From Epiperipatus broadwayi (lineage: Eukaryota > Animalia > Onychophora): DNA of 64,000 nt. The notes under the pieces were generated by a model that did not search any database, was not told the DNA's origin, and saw nothing but the letters and a program-made list of their open reading frames with translations. This document shows positions 28,301-38,848 of the stretch, one piece after another; the stretch's first letter is position 1; each line of letters starts with the position of its first letter. Made by a program: the position numbers and the translations under genes. Location: the NCBI GenBank assembly GCA_028023455.1, contig JAQFVV010000001.1:12958001-13022000 (forward strand), given 5' to 3'.

Positions 28301-28946
28301 GATTGAGTCATCTGATGAATGGTTAGTTATGCTGAGTTCAGAACTATTTTTACTTTTTCATGTCTTTTCCTTGATGTCCATATTTACTTTTGGTAGCACA
28401 GTCTGAAGGCAGTTTTCAGTGGATGAAAAACACAGAGCTATGCTGTCAGTGTTTGTTTTATTAATTATATATTCTTGAGGATTTGCTGTTCATTATTTGG
28501 TGCTATTAAGTTAGTCAGTATTTTGTTCATCTAAGAGGAAGTGTATTCGATAAAATGCATTTTGGCTGTTGTTGTAAGTAGTTATGATGAAGATATGATC
28601 AGTTTGATTGATATTTAAATTAACTATGGATCATCTCTTGTGGTAGAAAGTTTTGAGAAGTGGGTGTGTTGTTTTTTCTGAAGATCTTATTTTTATTGTA
28701 AATATATGTGGGTGCATGATAACCCACCTGATCACACTGCACATATCAAGCATTAGGGAAATTGATTGCCAACCCTTCTGACCATATGTGTAGCTTTAAG
28801 CCCCTTACATAGAGGTGAAGCATAATTTTCTGGTCAGTAATCTGGGTGAGTATGATGGTAGAATCAATGTTTTTATTGTTTTAATTTGTATTCAAAATAA
28901 TTGCTATAGATTGGGATGGGGATACCTTTTAGGTAGATTGGCTGTA

Positions 28947-29264
28947 ATAACTGAAACACAAGCTTATTCTATACATGTGTCTATATATGTAAAATATATC
29001 AGATTTTCAATTGAATGGACGGTTGAAGAGTTGGAATGTGTAGAAGATTGGAGCCTGTCCATTAAAGTATGAGGATTGTCTATCTTAATATATATCTGAG
29101 CACTTATAGTATTTATATGTGGGAGATGATAATCTGGACCAACTGATGATTGCTGGTTTAGCTTGAAATACGTATATTGGTGATTATTTATCTTTTCAGC
29201 ATATATGTGCTTGAGTGTATCAGTGTTATTAGATAGAGTCTCCTGTGCTCATATACCCTATATA
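28947..29264 (+). mobile_element. Family B hammerhead element, single arm, flanked by a 14-bp direct repeat
   Basis: GTAGATTGGCTGTA at 28933-28946 and 29265-29278. The interior is homologous to 37880-38030. Confidence 0.65.
29130..29186 (+). ncRNA. Type I hammerhead ribozyme (family B)
   Basis: TAATC-TGGA-CCAA-CTGATGA-TT-GCT-GGTTT-AGC-TT-GAAA-TACGTA-TA-TTGG-T-GATTA. Palindromic stem III ATACGTAT, AUA triplet, bulged extended stem I. Confidence 0.75.
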
Positions 29265-31720
29265 GTAGATTGGCTGTAGTGAGAGCACCACCTGAGAGGC
29301 TTTATCAATTTTTTGAAGTCTTGAATGCTATATCCAAGTGAATATATTGTAGAATCTCTGTTATGTAACTCTTGTGTTGCTCATCAACATTAACAAGAGC
29401 AAAATTATCTAGTGTCTTAACTTTAGTTATTATTTTTTATTAGTAGTACTTATTTCTAAAAAAAAAAAAAAAAAAGCACTTTTATTTTTCTTTATTTTAG
29501 TTGTATTTCTGACTTTAATTAAACAATAGTTACTTTAAAATCATTAGTATAGATAAACATAAAATTTTTATTAAGGTAAATAAATACTTAAATAAAATTA
29601 TTTAAATTATAATTTTAAAATAAAAACTGCAAAGCATAAATATAATATTTTATATAATTCTGGCTTTTCTAGAAAAATGCATTAATTACAAAAATAACGG
29701 TGTTTTTTTTTTAAAGAAAATAGATTTCTTTAATTACCTTCTTTTTCAAATATGTGTGTATATTGAAAAAATGTGCTTCCACTCAACTTGAATTATATAA
29801 ACAAATAAGACATACCATCTAATATTAAGCTTAATTTCTCATTCAAATGAAAAAAATGAATCCATTTTTCATCTGGGACACAGATAAAAAATGCTTTCAT
29901 TTTTTATTTGAACATTGTAATTAACTTTGATACTAGATGTCATGACTGGATACCTTAAATGTTAGCTGATGGTAATTTGTTTATATATATATATATATAT
30001 ATAAATTAAAAAAAATTCTATTCGCATCACAGATTAGTTATATTACAAAGTTTTATTTAAAAATGTATAAATTTCTGGGTGCATATGTGCAGGTATGTAT
30101 GTGTCACTTGAGTAAACTGCCTGAAAAAATTAAAAAAAAAATTTAGTTTATGCATTTGGTCATATTATTAAGTATTTACTTTTCAATATGTGGGAAACCT
30201 GATGATGAATTGCACTGAAAAGGAAGAAAGAAAAAATGGTTTTGATGTGTGTAAATATTTGAATTGTGTAGTCTATAAAAATATAAAGCATTTTGAACCC
30301 ATTTAATCTGCCTTCCAATTGGAAGTTTATTTAAACAACTTATCAAACATTAAAGTAATTCTAATGGTGGATTTGAAAATATTATTTAAAAATATAGATT
30401 ACTAAAAATAAATAAATTATTGAACTATATTTAAAGGTTGGCAATTATTTATGTATCAAATAATGATATTATATTTGTAAATTTAGGTCTAATTCATATT
30501 TTTTACAAAAACATATTAATAACAAGAAAGAGAAGTCAAATCTTAATAATTAATTGGTGATGAATCCGTTGTTTAAAAAACATGATGTTGAACAATATCA
30601 AATAAGTATAAATAGGTCTGAAACAAGTAACTTGCATTTAATTCCATTCTAGTTCATTCAAGATAGTTGAGCCTTCTTAAGAAGCAGTATTGCAGTGACC
30701 CAATGCCAAAAACAGAAACCACTGGCTAAAACTGTTTTCCACCTTAATTTGGGTAGTCATATCCTGCTGATTGTTTTTAAAATATTTTTTTCAATGGTCC
30801 AGTTATAACAGCCAGTAAGATGATTTTATCTATAAAAAGACTATCTGCAATATGTGATTAGATAACCAAAAATCAAACTAACCAAAATATTCTGAAAACG
30901 AATTTGAATCCAGAAATTAAAACTGAAGTTTACCCAAAACAGCTGTTGCCTACTTAATAATGATAGAAATAGAGTAATGGATGGTGCCTTAAGAACTACC
31001 CAAGACCTACTGATACTTTATCTACTCTAACATCACAACTTTCAAAGTGGAGCAATTAATGAAGACAATTATAAATATATTAAAAAAATGATATCTACAA
31101 AAAATCATGGCTTGGAACTTATTAAATATTTCACATGGTAAGATTTTATCATTATAGATATTATAAGGCCTTAAACTTAAATAAAAAATTTATTTTTTAT
31201 TATTATTATATTTAATATTTTGTATATGTATTAATAGTTATGAGTATATACACAATCGTTTTATATATTCTGTATTAATAAATTATGTTTTATTAATTCA
31301 TTAAGTTTGTGTTTGACTCTCTAATTCAATTTAAACATTATGATTTTAGCATCCAATATGCTAATAACATCCATAACCCTGAGAAATCATGCAATTTACT
31401 GGAGAACATGCAGGGATTATGGTATTAATTTGTAAATGATGATAATCACTTTCTTATGAGATTTGATGCCTGAGAGTTTCATTTTTTTATTATATTGAAA
31501 CTGAAAAACAAATTAAATACTTTTGGCAGGACTTGTACTTATGTTGTACATCACCATCATTGAATCATTTTATTCAAATTTTATTAACCATTCAAACTTT
31601 CATCATATTTAATTTTTATTTGAATCAAAACTTACTATGGACAAATTGTATATATCCTTTGGATTTTGGTTCAAACCCTTGTACCATGGAAAATTTACTT
31701 TTACAATATATATAATAAAT

Positions 31721-32382
31721 AATAAAACAAGTCATAAATTTCATAAGTTGCTTTTAAGCTTGCATTTAATGATCACTAGATGGAGTTTACCAATAGCTCT
31801 AACCAAGCTTTATTTTATAAGTGCCGAAAAAGAAAAAATTCAAAATCTCTTTCAGAAAGTCCCTATCTCCAGACCAATTGATTCAAACTTGTGGCTCACC
31901 TCAGTGGAGTGCTGGGACTCTAGAAACTAGAACCAAAATACTAACTCAAAAGTCAGCACTTATAAAACACATTTCTATCAATTTGAAAGCCTGAACCTTC
32001 GGACATGTAAATGTCTTTAAATCCAGCCTTACAAACCAGATAGCTATATGGGTCTGAATTCAGATCAGTTTCACCATATAGTAATAGCCTCTGCAATATA
32101 GCATCACAAAAGCCATCAAAGGTACACTTATAATAATTAATAAAACAAGTTATAAATTTCATAAGTTGCTTTTAAGCTTGCATTAAATGATCAGTAGATG
32201 GAGCTTACCAATAGCTCTAACCAAGCTTTATTTTATAAGTGCTAAAAGAGAAAGAATTCAAAATCTCTTTCAGAAAGTTTCTATCTCCATACCAATTGAT
32301 TTCGAGCTTGTGGCTCACCTCAGTTGGAGTGCTGGGACTCTAGAAACTAGAACCAAAATACTAACTCAAAAGTCAGCACTTA
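31721..32382 (-). mobile_element. Family D partial tandem: 418-nt monomer x about 1.6, one hammerhead per monomer
   Basis: 31721-31964 repeats at 32139-32382 (period 418) and ends in (TA)n. HHR motifs lie at 31867-31909 and 32285-32329 on the minus strand. Confidence 0.85.
32285..32329 (-). ncRNA. Hammerhead-like motif with a non-canonical A9U core (family D)
   Basis: CTCCA-A-CTGAGGT-GAGC-CACAA-GCTC-GAAA-TCAATTGG-TA-TGGAG. The sister copy at 31867-31909 has the same CTGAGGT and a GUC triplet. Confidence 0.6.
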
Positions 32383-32462
32383 CTATATATATATATATAT
32401 ATTACATCATGTGAAATTGATCTTTTGTTTTTGAGTTATCTAAAACAAATACATCCAGAGAG

Positions 32463-33030
32463 CAAACTTAAACCAGCCTGTATATTTGAATGTAAATTGA
32501 TTTTTAAGTAACTGATATTAAGTTTTTATAGTGCAGAGATAGATATCTCACTCACTTCTAAAACCTTATAATAAATAAACGCATGTCACATATGTAATAA
32601 TATTTTAATATTGAATAAATATATTGTCATATGAAATTTACTAACTCTATTTTAAATAATAATTGAACTGTGCTCTAGTTGCCATGTTCAATAATTTTTT
32701 ACAGTAAGAAAATGTATCACTTCTTACTATATTTTAGATCTGTTATTTAGAGTTTTCTATAACTATAATAACTAGAAAACAAACTTAAACCAGCCTATAT
32801 GAGTGTGATATCTCTGCTATATAAACTTAATATCAGTTAGTTAAAAATTAATTTACATTAAAATATATAATAAAGACATAAAATATGGTAAGACGTGGTT
32901 TATTTTTTTACTGTAAAAAGTTATTGAACATGACAACTAGTGGGCAATTCAATTACTATTTATAATAGACTTGGAAAATTACACATGGCATTATATTTAT
33001 TCAATAATAAAATAATATTTAACATTATAT
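32463..33030. repeat. Diverged inverted duplication in non-nested order (X-A-B...X-A'-B')
   Basis: CAAACTTAAACCAGCCT is direct at 32463 and 32780. 32481-32540 is inverted at 32809-32868, and about 32583-32720 is inverted at about 32895-33030. Confidence 0.7.
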
Positions 33031-33185
33031 ATAATATTCAAATATAAGTATGTATAAGTATATTGTATATACGAAACTTGACGTAATTAGACGGAACTCT
33101 TAATCCACACTTTCAAGCTCCCTACATTTATGCACTTTATCTTATAACCGATTCACATGATCACATATATGTGAAAAAGATAAAT

Positions 33186-33240
33186 GATCTCCAATATATA
33201 TATTTCATGTTTAACCAGCACTCATCAGTTGGTCCAGATC
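33186..33240 (-). ncRNA. Type I hammerhead ribozyme (family B), intact core
   Basis: GATCT-GGA-CCAA-CTGATGA-GTG-CTGGTTAAA-CAT-GAAA-TATATA-TA-TTGG-AGATC. Confidence 0.75.
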
Positions 33241-33356
33241 TCCATATATATATATGATCAATAGATGGCGTTTTACCAAAACCACCGAACAAAGCGTATA
33301 TTTGTTTACATAAACGACAAAAGAGTCAGAATTCATTTATCTCTTTCATTTGCCCA

Positions 33357-33403
33357 CCCTCAGATCAGCTGATTTTAAGCTAATTTGCTATCACCAGTGA
33401 AGA
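33357..33403 (-). ncRNA. Family C hammerhead, core-mutated copy
   Basis: TCTTCA-CTGGTGA-TAGC-AAATTA-GCTT-AAAA-TCAGCTGA-TC-TGAGGG (A6G, G12A). Confidence 0.65.
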
Positions 33404-33924
33404 ATAGAGCTAGAAACTAGATCTAAACACTGACTCCAAGTGTTTATGCAAAAAGTTTCTATCAGTTTGCAAGCATTAATTTTTTAGACCGGTAAAGTCT
33501 TCTAACCCATCCTAACAAGCCAGATAGCTACATGGGTTTGATCTCAGTTCAGTTTCACCACATAGTCAAAGCCTCTGCAATATATATATATATATCATTG
33601 CAAAAACCTTTAAAGGTATGCTTTGTTTGGTGGTTTTGGTAAAACGCCATCTATTGATTATAAATACAAGCGATATCAAGTTACGTGATTATAACTTGTT
33701 TTTGTTTTTTATAAATGTACTTTTAAAGGTTTTTGCAATGATATATATTGCAGTGGCTTTGACTATGTGGTGAAACTGAACTAAGATCAGACCCATGTAG
33801 CTATCTGGCTTGTTAGGCTGGGTTTGAAGACTTTACCGGTCTGAAAAATTTATGTTTGCAAACTGATAGAAACTTTTTGCATAAATACTTGGAGTCAGTG
33901 TTTAGATCTAGTTTCTAGCTCTAT

Positions 33925-33971
33925 CCTTCACTGATGATAGCAAATTATCTTGAAATCAGCTGATTTGAGGG
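33925..33971 (+). ncRNA. Minimal type I hammerhead ribozyme (family C)
   Basis: CCTTCA-CTGATGA-TAGC-AAATTA-TCTT-GAAA-TCAGCTGA-TT-TGAGGG. Intact core, 6-bp stem I, 10-nt palindrome ATCAGCTGAT, one stem II mismatch. Confidence 0.75.
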
Positions 33972-34146
33972 TGGGCAAACGAAAGAGATAGTGAATTTTG
34001 ACTCTTTTGTCATTTATGTAAACAAATATACGCTTTGTTCGGTGGTTTTGGTAAAACGCCATCTATTGATCATAAATACAAGTGATATCAAGTTACATGA
34101 TTATAATTTGTTTTTATTTTTCATATATATATATATGGAAAATGAT

Positions 34147-34199
34147 GATCTGGATCAACAGATGAGTGCTAGTTCAGCATAAAATACATATAGTGGAGA
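34147..34199 (+). ncRNA. Family B hammerhead, core-mutated copy
   Basis: CAGATGA-GTGCT-AGTTC-AGCAT-AAAA-TACATA-TA. Paired 5-bp stem II (one G-U) with U4A and G12A in the core. Confidence 0.6.
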
Positions 34200-35122
34200 A
34201 CATTTAATTTTCACATGTATGTGGTCATATGTAATGGTTTTATAAGATGGAGTGCATAGATGTAGGGAGTTTGAAAGTCTGAATTCAAGTCTCTTCTAAT
34301 AACATTATATATTTATATAGGATCTCCTTGATATAGTAGATTTATTTACAAGTTCGTGATACAGCATTTGTAGCAGGATTGTGAGAAATTTGAAATCATT
34401 TTAAATTCTAAGCATGATTAAAATTTTCTTTTATAAAAAGATAGTCTAACATTTAATGTGCTTAATCATCCAAATTGTGAGACATGTAGTTATTTTTATT
34501 TAGTGGATAAGTCAATACTTGTATACCAATTTTACCACTCAAAAATTATATAGCCCAATAAGTAATTTTTTCTTCTTATTCTTTTTTGGAGGGCTGTTTG
34601 AGTAGCTTTTGCCATGCAATAAATTATTCAATTTAAAAGGTTGTTTATTAATCTATCTCGCTATTCATCTATATAGTTATCTAATTATCTATCTATTTAT
34701 TTATCCATATATCTATTTATAACTTAATTGATACTTACATAGCAGTATTTATTTAACTTTGCTTACTAATTAATAATGGATGAAATCACTTGGCCACGAA
34801 ACACATCTGTTAAATGTGAGTTTTATAATGATTCTTAATCTTATTTTATAATTTATTGGCAATATGTGAATGAAACAGACATTTTACATTATTGTTTTGC
34901 TACAACTCTCAGTTTTGTTGAATATGAATTTAAATTCTTTCATTTTTGCACAGAATAAGTGATAATGTAGATTTTCGAAATTTTATTTACAAAAATTTTT
35001 TGTGCTTCCAAAATTTTTTCCCCCAAGGAATGAATAAATACAAAGTAGAAGATCAAGTAAACAAACTCACATTACAATGTGTTTATGAGTTTTTTCTTTA
35101 GTATTTTGTGTAAAAAAGAGCG

Positions 35123-35427
35123 TAAAACAAATTGCTATACAAATTAATGAATTTTATTATTATAAATGAAGGTTATAATTTTTATCATAGAAAAATAAAT
35201 GAACGTTATAAAGATATACTTCTAATAGCATAGACAGATTTAAGACCTTTTTGAGATATTTTATAAAATAGAAAATAAAAGATTTATAAAACAAATTGCT
35301 TTATATATTAATGAATTTTATTATTATAAATGAAGGTTGTAAAGAAATATACTTCTAATAGCATAGATAGATTTATAAACTTAAGAGTTGAGATATTTCA
35401 TAAAATAGAAAATAAAAGATTTATATT
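35123..35427. repeat. Tandem duplication of about 140-165 bp
   Basis: AAAACAAATTGCT...TAATGAATTTTATTATTATAAATGAAGGTT...ATAAAATAGAAAATAAAAGATTTATA occurs twice. Confidence 0.8.
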
Positions 35428-36369
35428 AGAATATTGTGAGATATAGTGGGGAAAATAATACTATTCTTTAATAGACCATAAAAAGTCATTTGATTGAATG
35501 AATTGTTTTATTTTGATGAATGATTTGATGAAGAAAAAAGTAGGCCATAGTGAATATGATTAATCATTCAATTTGTAAATGAGATATGTAGGTATTTTTA
35601 TTTAATGGATAGAGCAATGCTTCTATTCCAACCACTCAAAACAAAAATTCTCACCACTCATAAATTATGTCGACAGATGTTAATTTTAAGAATAAATATT
35701 CATATAACTGGAAAGATATATGTAGACAGAAATGAAAGCCATAAGTGTTGCTTATATATTGTTTTGTTGAATAAGAATTGCTAAGTTAATATTATTTAAA
35801 TAAATCTAAAATTAACATTCATCCTTCATTTTTCTTATTGCCAGATATGTTATAATTTGGCTAATCTTGGTAGTGGTTGGTTTCTTTGTAGCCATCTTAC
35901 ATGTTTTCAATTGGTGCTAAAGGTTTTGGATAAGATATCAAACAATACCATTTGCAGATCATAAAATAAGTAAACATTCATTAACTGATAAGTATTGGAT
36001 GGTTATCTGGGTTATCTGAAAGAAAAATTCTTTATCTATATGGAGAAGAAACTTTAGAAGTGATGACAATTGGAAAACAAATTTATATAAAAAAATATTA
36101 ATAGGGCTTAAATTAAATCAATATAAATGAAATGAAAAATTTCAATATATTATTTATTTAAATATTTAGAAGTTGATTAAGTGAGGATGGAAAATATATA
36201 AAAAAAATTAGAATACAACTGCCATATCAACAATGCTTTTAATAAGAATAAAGAAAAAATATTTTGTGAATTAAGGATAACAAAAATATATTAAATATTT
36301 TAATTGAAATATAGCTTTATAGGTTTAGAGATATGAACTATTAAGAAAAGCAAGTAATGAGAAAAAAAT

Positions 36370-36720
36370 AAAAATTTTAGATATCTGAATTTACAAGAAA
36401 ATAGAGAAAATAAAATAAAATTAGTTGTAGGTATATCGAAAACACATGAAAATAGATATTTTAATTGGAAAATAAAAAGATAAAATAAATTAAGTTGGAT
36501 ATATATATACAAACATAAATAATAAGCCAAAAACATGTATAAGTCTCCCATAAACCTCTAGGATTGCAAACAATTTAAGGAATATATGCATTAATGTTTA
36601 CAGAATAAGCTTTAGGTCACCTCCGTCACTAATCAGCTTACTAGAGAATTCAAAAGACAAAATATCAGTTAAGTATGCTTCTGAAGTCATCTATAAAATC
36701 ACTTGCAGTGCTCCATCCTA
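36370..36720 (+). mobile_element. Degraded PLE remnant (RT thumb, linker and GIY start)
   Basis: Translations FRYLNL...KTHENRYFNW and CISLP*...LLENSKDKISVKYASEVIYKITC match the PLE linker and the G(V)IYKI.C motif. Confidence 0.55.
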
Positions 36721-37455
36721 TAGTTCTGTATATTAAGCAAATCCATCTATGATAATTGTCCAGCATTCATAGTTATACAACAAAGCCAAACAGAATAATC
36801 AATACAAACCAATCTTTCTCAATCATAATCTCACGACAGGACACACTTTCATCCCACCATTGGGAGAACAGTCTGTGCTGAAAGAGATGACAAAACAAAA
36901 AATATAAAGAGACTTGGGCAATTGGGATCCACATTCTAACAACCGAAAGAATCCATGCACTTCCATTGTCAAGATAATAAATACTTAAATCCCACATTAC
37001 ATATTAAGTCTCATTCACATATCATCTATATATAAAGGCATATTTCTAACTGCTAAACTTTAAACAGCACTATGATTCTGGAAGTAATCGGTGGAATGCT
37101 TGCTCAGTGTATTTAAAATTTTTGAACTTTGGTGTTATTACCTTTTCATAATAACTCTATTATAATGAGTTTATAAGATTTATATTAGACTTAAAATAAA
37201 TTATGAAGGTGATAGTTTTAAGTTTTTAAAAAGAAAAGCAGTAATATAGAACTTGACAAAAATAATAGTCTGATTTGAGGTATGAAATCTCTCATTTAGA
37301 AGACAGATGTTACTAATGACATATTACTTTATATCAATTATTTATTTTAGTTAATTAGATTCATAAACAATATGATTTTACTACTGTGATTGAAAATTTA
37401 AAAACACTTTGTTGAAGTTAAATAATTGTTAAAAGTGTTCAGGTTTAAGGGACCC

Positions 37456-38092
37456 GAATTCAGATTTTCAAGCTTTTTACAGCTATGCTCTCAATCTTAT
37501 GCAACTTATACACATGACCACATACATGTGGGAAAGATAAATGATCTCCAATATACATATTTTACACTGAACTAGCACTCATCAGTTGGTCCAGATCACC
37601 ATTTGCCACATATATACAATCAGTACTCAGTTTATATTAAGATAGCAAATCTGCAAATTTTAATGAACAAGCTTCAACCTTCTCTTCCCTTCAACTCTTT
37701 AGCCAACTATATTATTAAAAGTCCGATGATGGAACACTCATAGTCTTTGTTGATGTCAATATTATTGTTATATTCACATTAACTTTAAGTAATTCTGACC
37801 CTACATGTATGACCTTAATATGTTCATTTAAATCATTGGATTTTCAATGATATGTATGGCTGAAATGTTGAAGAATAGAGAAGATTGAAGCTTACCCTTT
37901 AAAGTTTGAAGATTTGCTATCTTGATATAAATTGAGCTCTGATAGTATATATGTGTGGTAAATGATGATTTGGACCAACTGATGTATATTGAAGATCATT
38001 TATCTTTTTCACATGTATGTGGTCATGTGTATACATGTGGTCATGTGTATCATTGGTATAAGATGAAGTGCATAGCTGTAAGGAGCTTTAAA
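37456..38092. mobile_element. Family B foldback; left-arm HHR at 37543-37597 (minus, G12A), right-arm HHR deleted internally
   Basis: Arms are reverse complements (e.g. AAGATAGCAAATC / GATTTGCTATCTT). The right arm reads CCAACTGATG-TATATTG, with stem II and GAAA missing. Confidence 0.85.
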
Positions 38093-38744
38093 TATTATAT
38101 ATACATTGTCAACCAATGTGCCAGTTACATCTATGAGAAAGATAAAGAAATCAATCAGAGTGTGGAAAGAATTGGCTATGGATTAGACCTATCATAAATG
38201 GAAGACAAGATTTAGAAAAGGTTTTTTTTTTAGTTTAAATATGTGAAAAATATTTTGAAATAAGTACAGTACATCTAAATGGTATTTTATACTTGAAATC
38301 TTTACAGTTAACTAGAAGATTTTTTAAATACAATTAAGTTTTTAATGAACTTGGTTTAGTTTTTTCTTATATATTCAAACCATCGCTATAGTTCATAGCA
38401 ATTTAAGAGAAACTTATTTATTCATTTTTTTGGATAAAGATATAACCATAGTTTTATTATCTCAGACTAGAAGAAACTTATACCGACACTGTGTTATATT
38501 ATTAATTTATATAAAAAATATTTTTTATAATATATTTGCTAATCAATCACTATTTTATTATCGATACTAATTTAAATAATATAAACAAATGAAATTTATA
38601 AATGTAAATTATTATCAATATTTTTAGCATTTTATTAGGTTCAGTTGTAAAGATCCATTAAAGTTTGTGATGATGATCTCACAACTGAAATGCTAAAATA
38701 AATTTTGTTAAAGTGCGACAAACAATGATAAATAACCACGAGTG

Positions 38745-38848
38745 GTCAAGCGTTGGTGGGTGAGTGGTCAGCACAGCTGGCTTACAAGCAGTTGTCCTGG
38801 ATTCGCGGGTTCGCTTCCCGGCCGATGCTTTGGCACATGAAAAAAAAA
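38745..38848 (+). mobile_element. tRNA-Gly(TCC)-derived minimal SINE or retrocopy with a 15-bp TSD
   Basis: GTCAA + GCGTTGGTGG...GCAGTT...TTCCCGGCCGATGC + TTTGGCACATG + A-tail. TSD AAATAACCACGAGTG at 38730-38744 and 38849-38863. Internal duplication of GG(A/G)TTCGC. Confidence 0.85.

Larger units (their letters stand above)
23982..28900 (-). mobile_element. Degraded APE-RT LINE (I/R1/Jockey-group-like, possible RNase H) with nested insertions
   Basis: Minus-strand motifs: LLGDFN (27.6k) and SDH (27.5k) for APE; KILEKI, DIEAAFD, VLQGIIGG and IVYMDDII (26.2-26.7k) for RT. PolyA signal and simple-repeat tail at 24.0k. Upstream boundary approximate. Confidence 0.7.
33095..34300. mobile_element. 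Composite: family C inverted plus partial-tandem array (33256-34122) nested inside a family B foldback
   Basis: 33256-33619 is the reverse complement of about 33716-34072. 33621-33712 repeats directly at 34033-34122 (period 412). Outer arms 33095-33255 and 34123-34300 are family B in inverted orientation with (TA)n at both junctions. Confidence 0.9.

Noticed and set aside
30195-30230. CTGATGA...GAAA as a hammerhead
   Set aside because: No stem I or stem III pairing and no NUH triplet in register.
31533-32414. ORFs at 31637 and 32187 as a duplicated protein gene
   Set aside because: They merely read through the 418-nt tandem repeat, differ by a frameshift, and have no recognisable domain.
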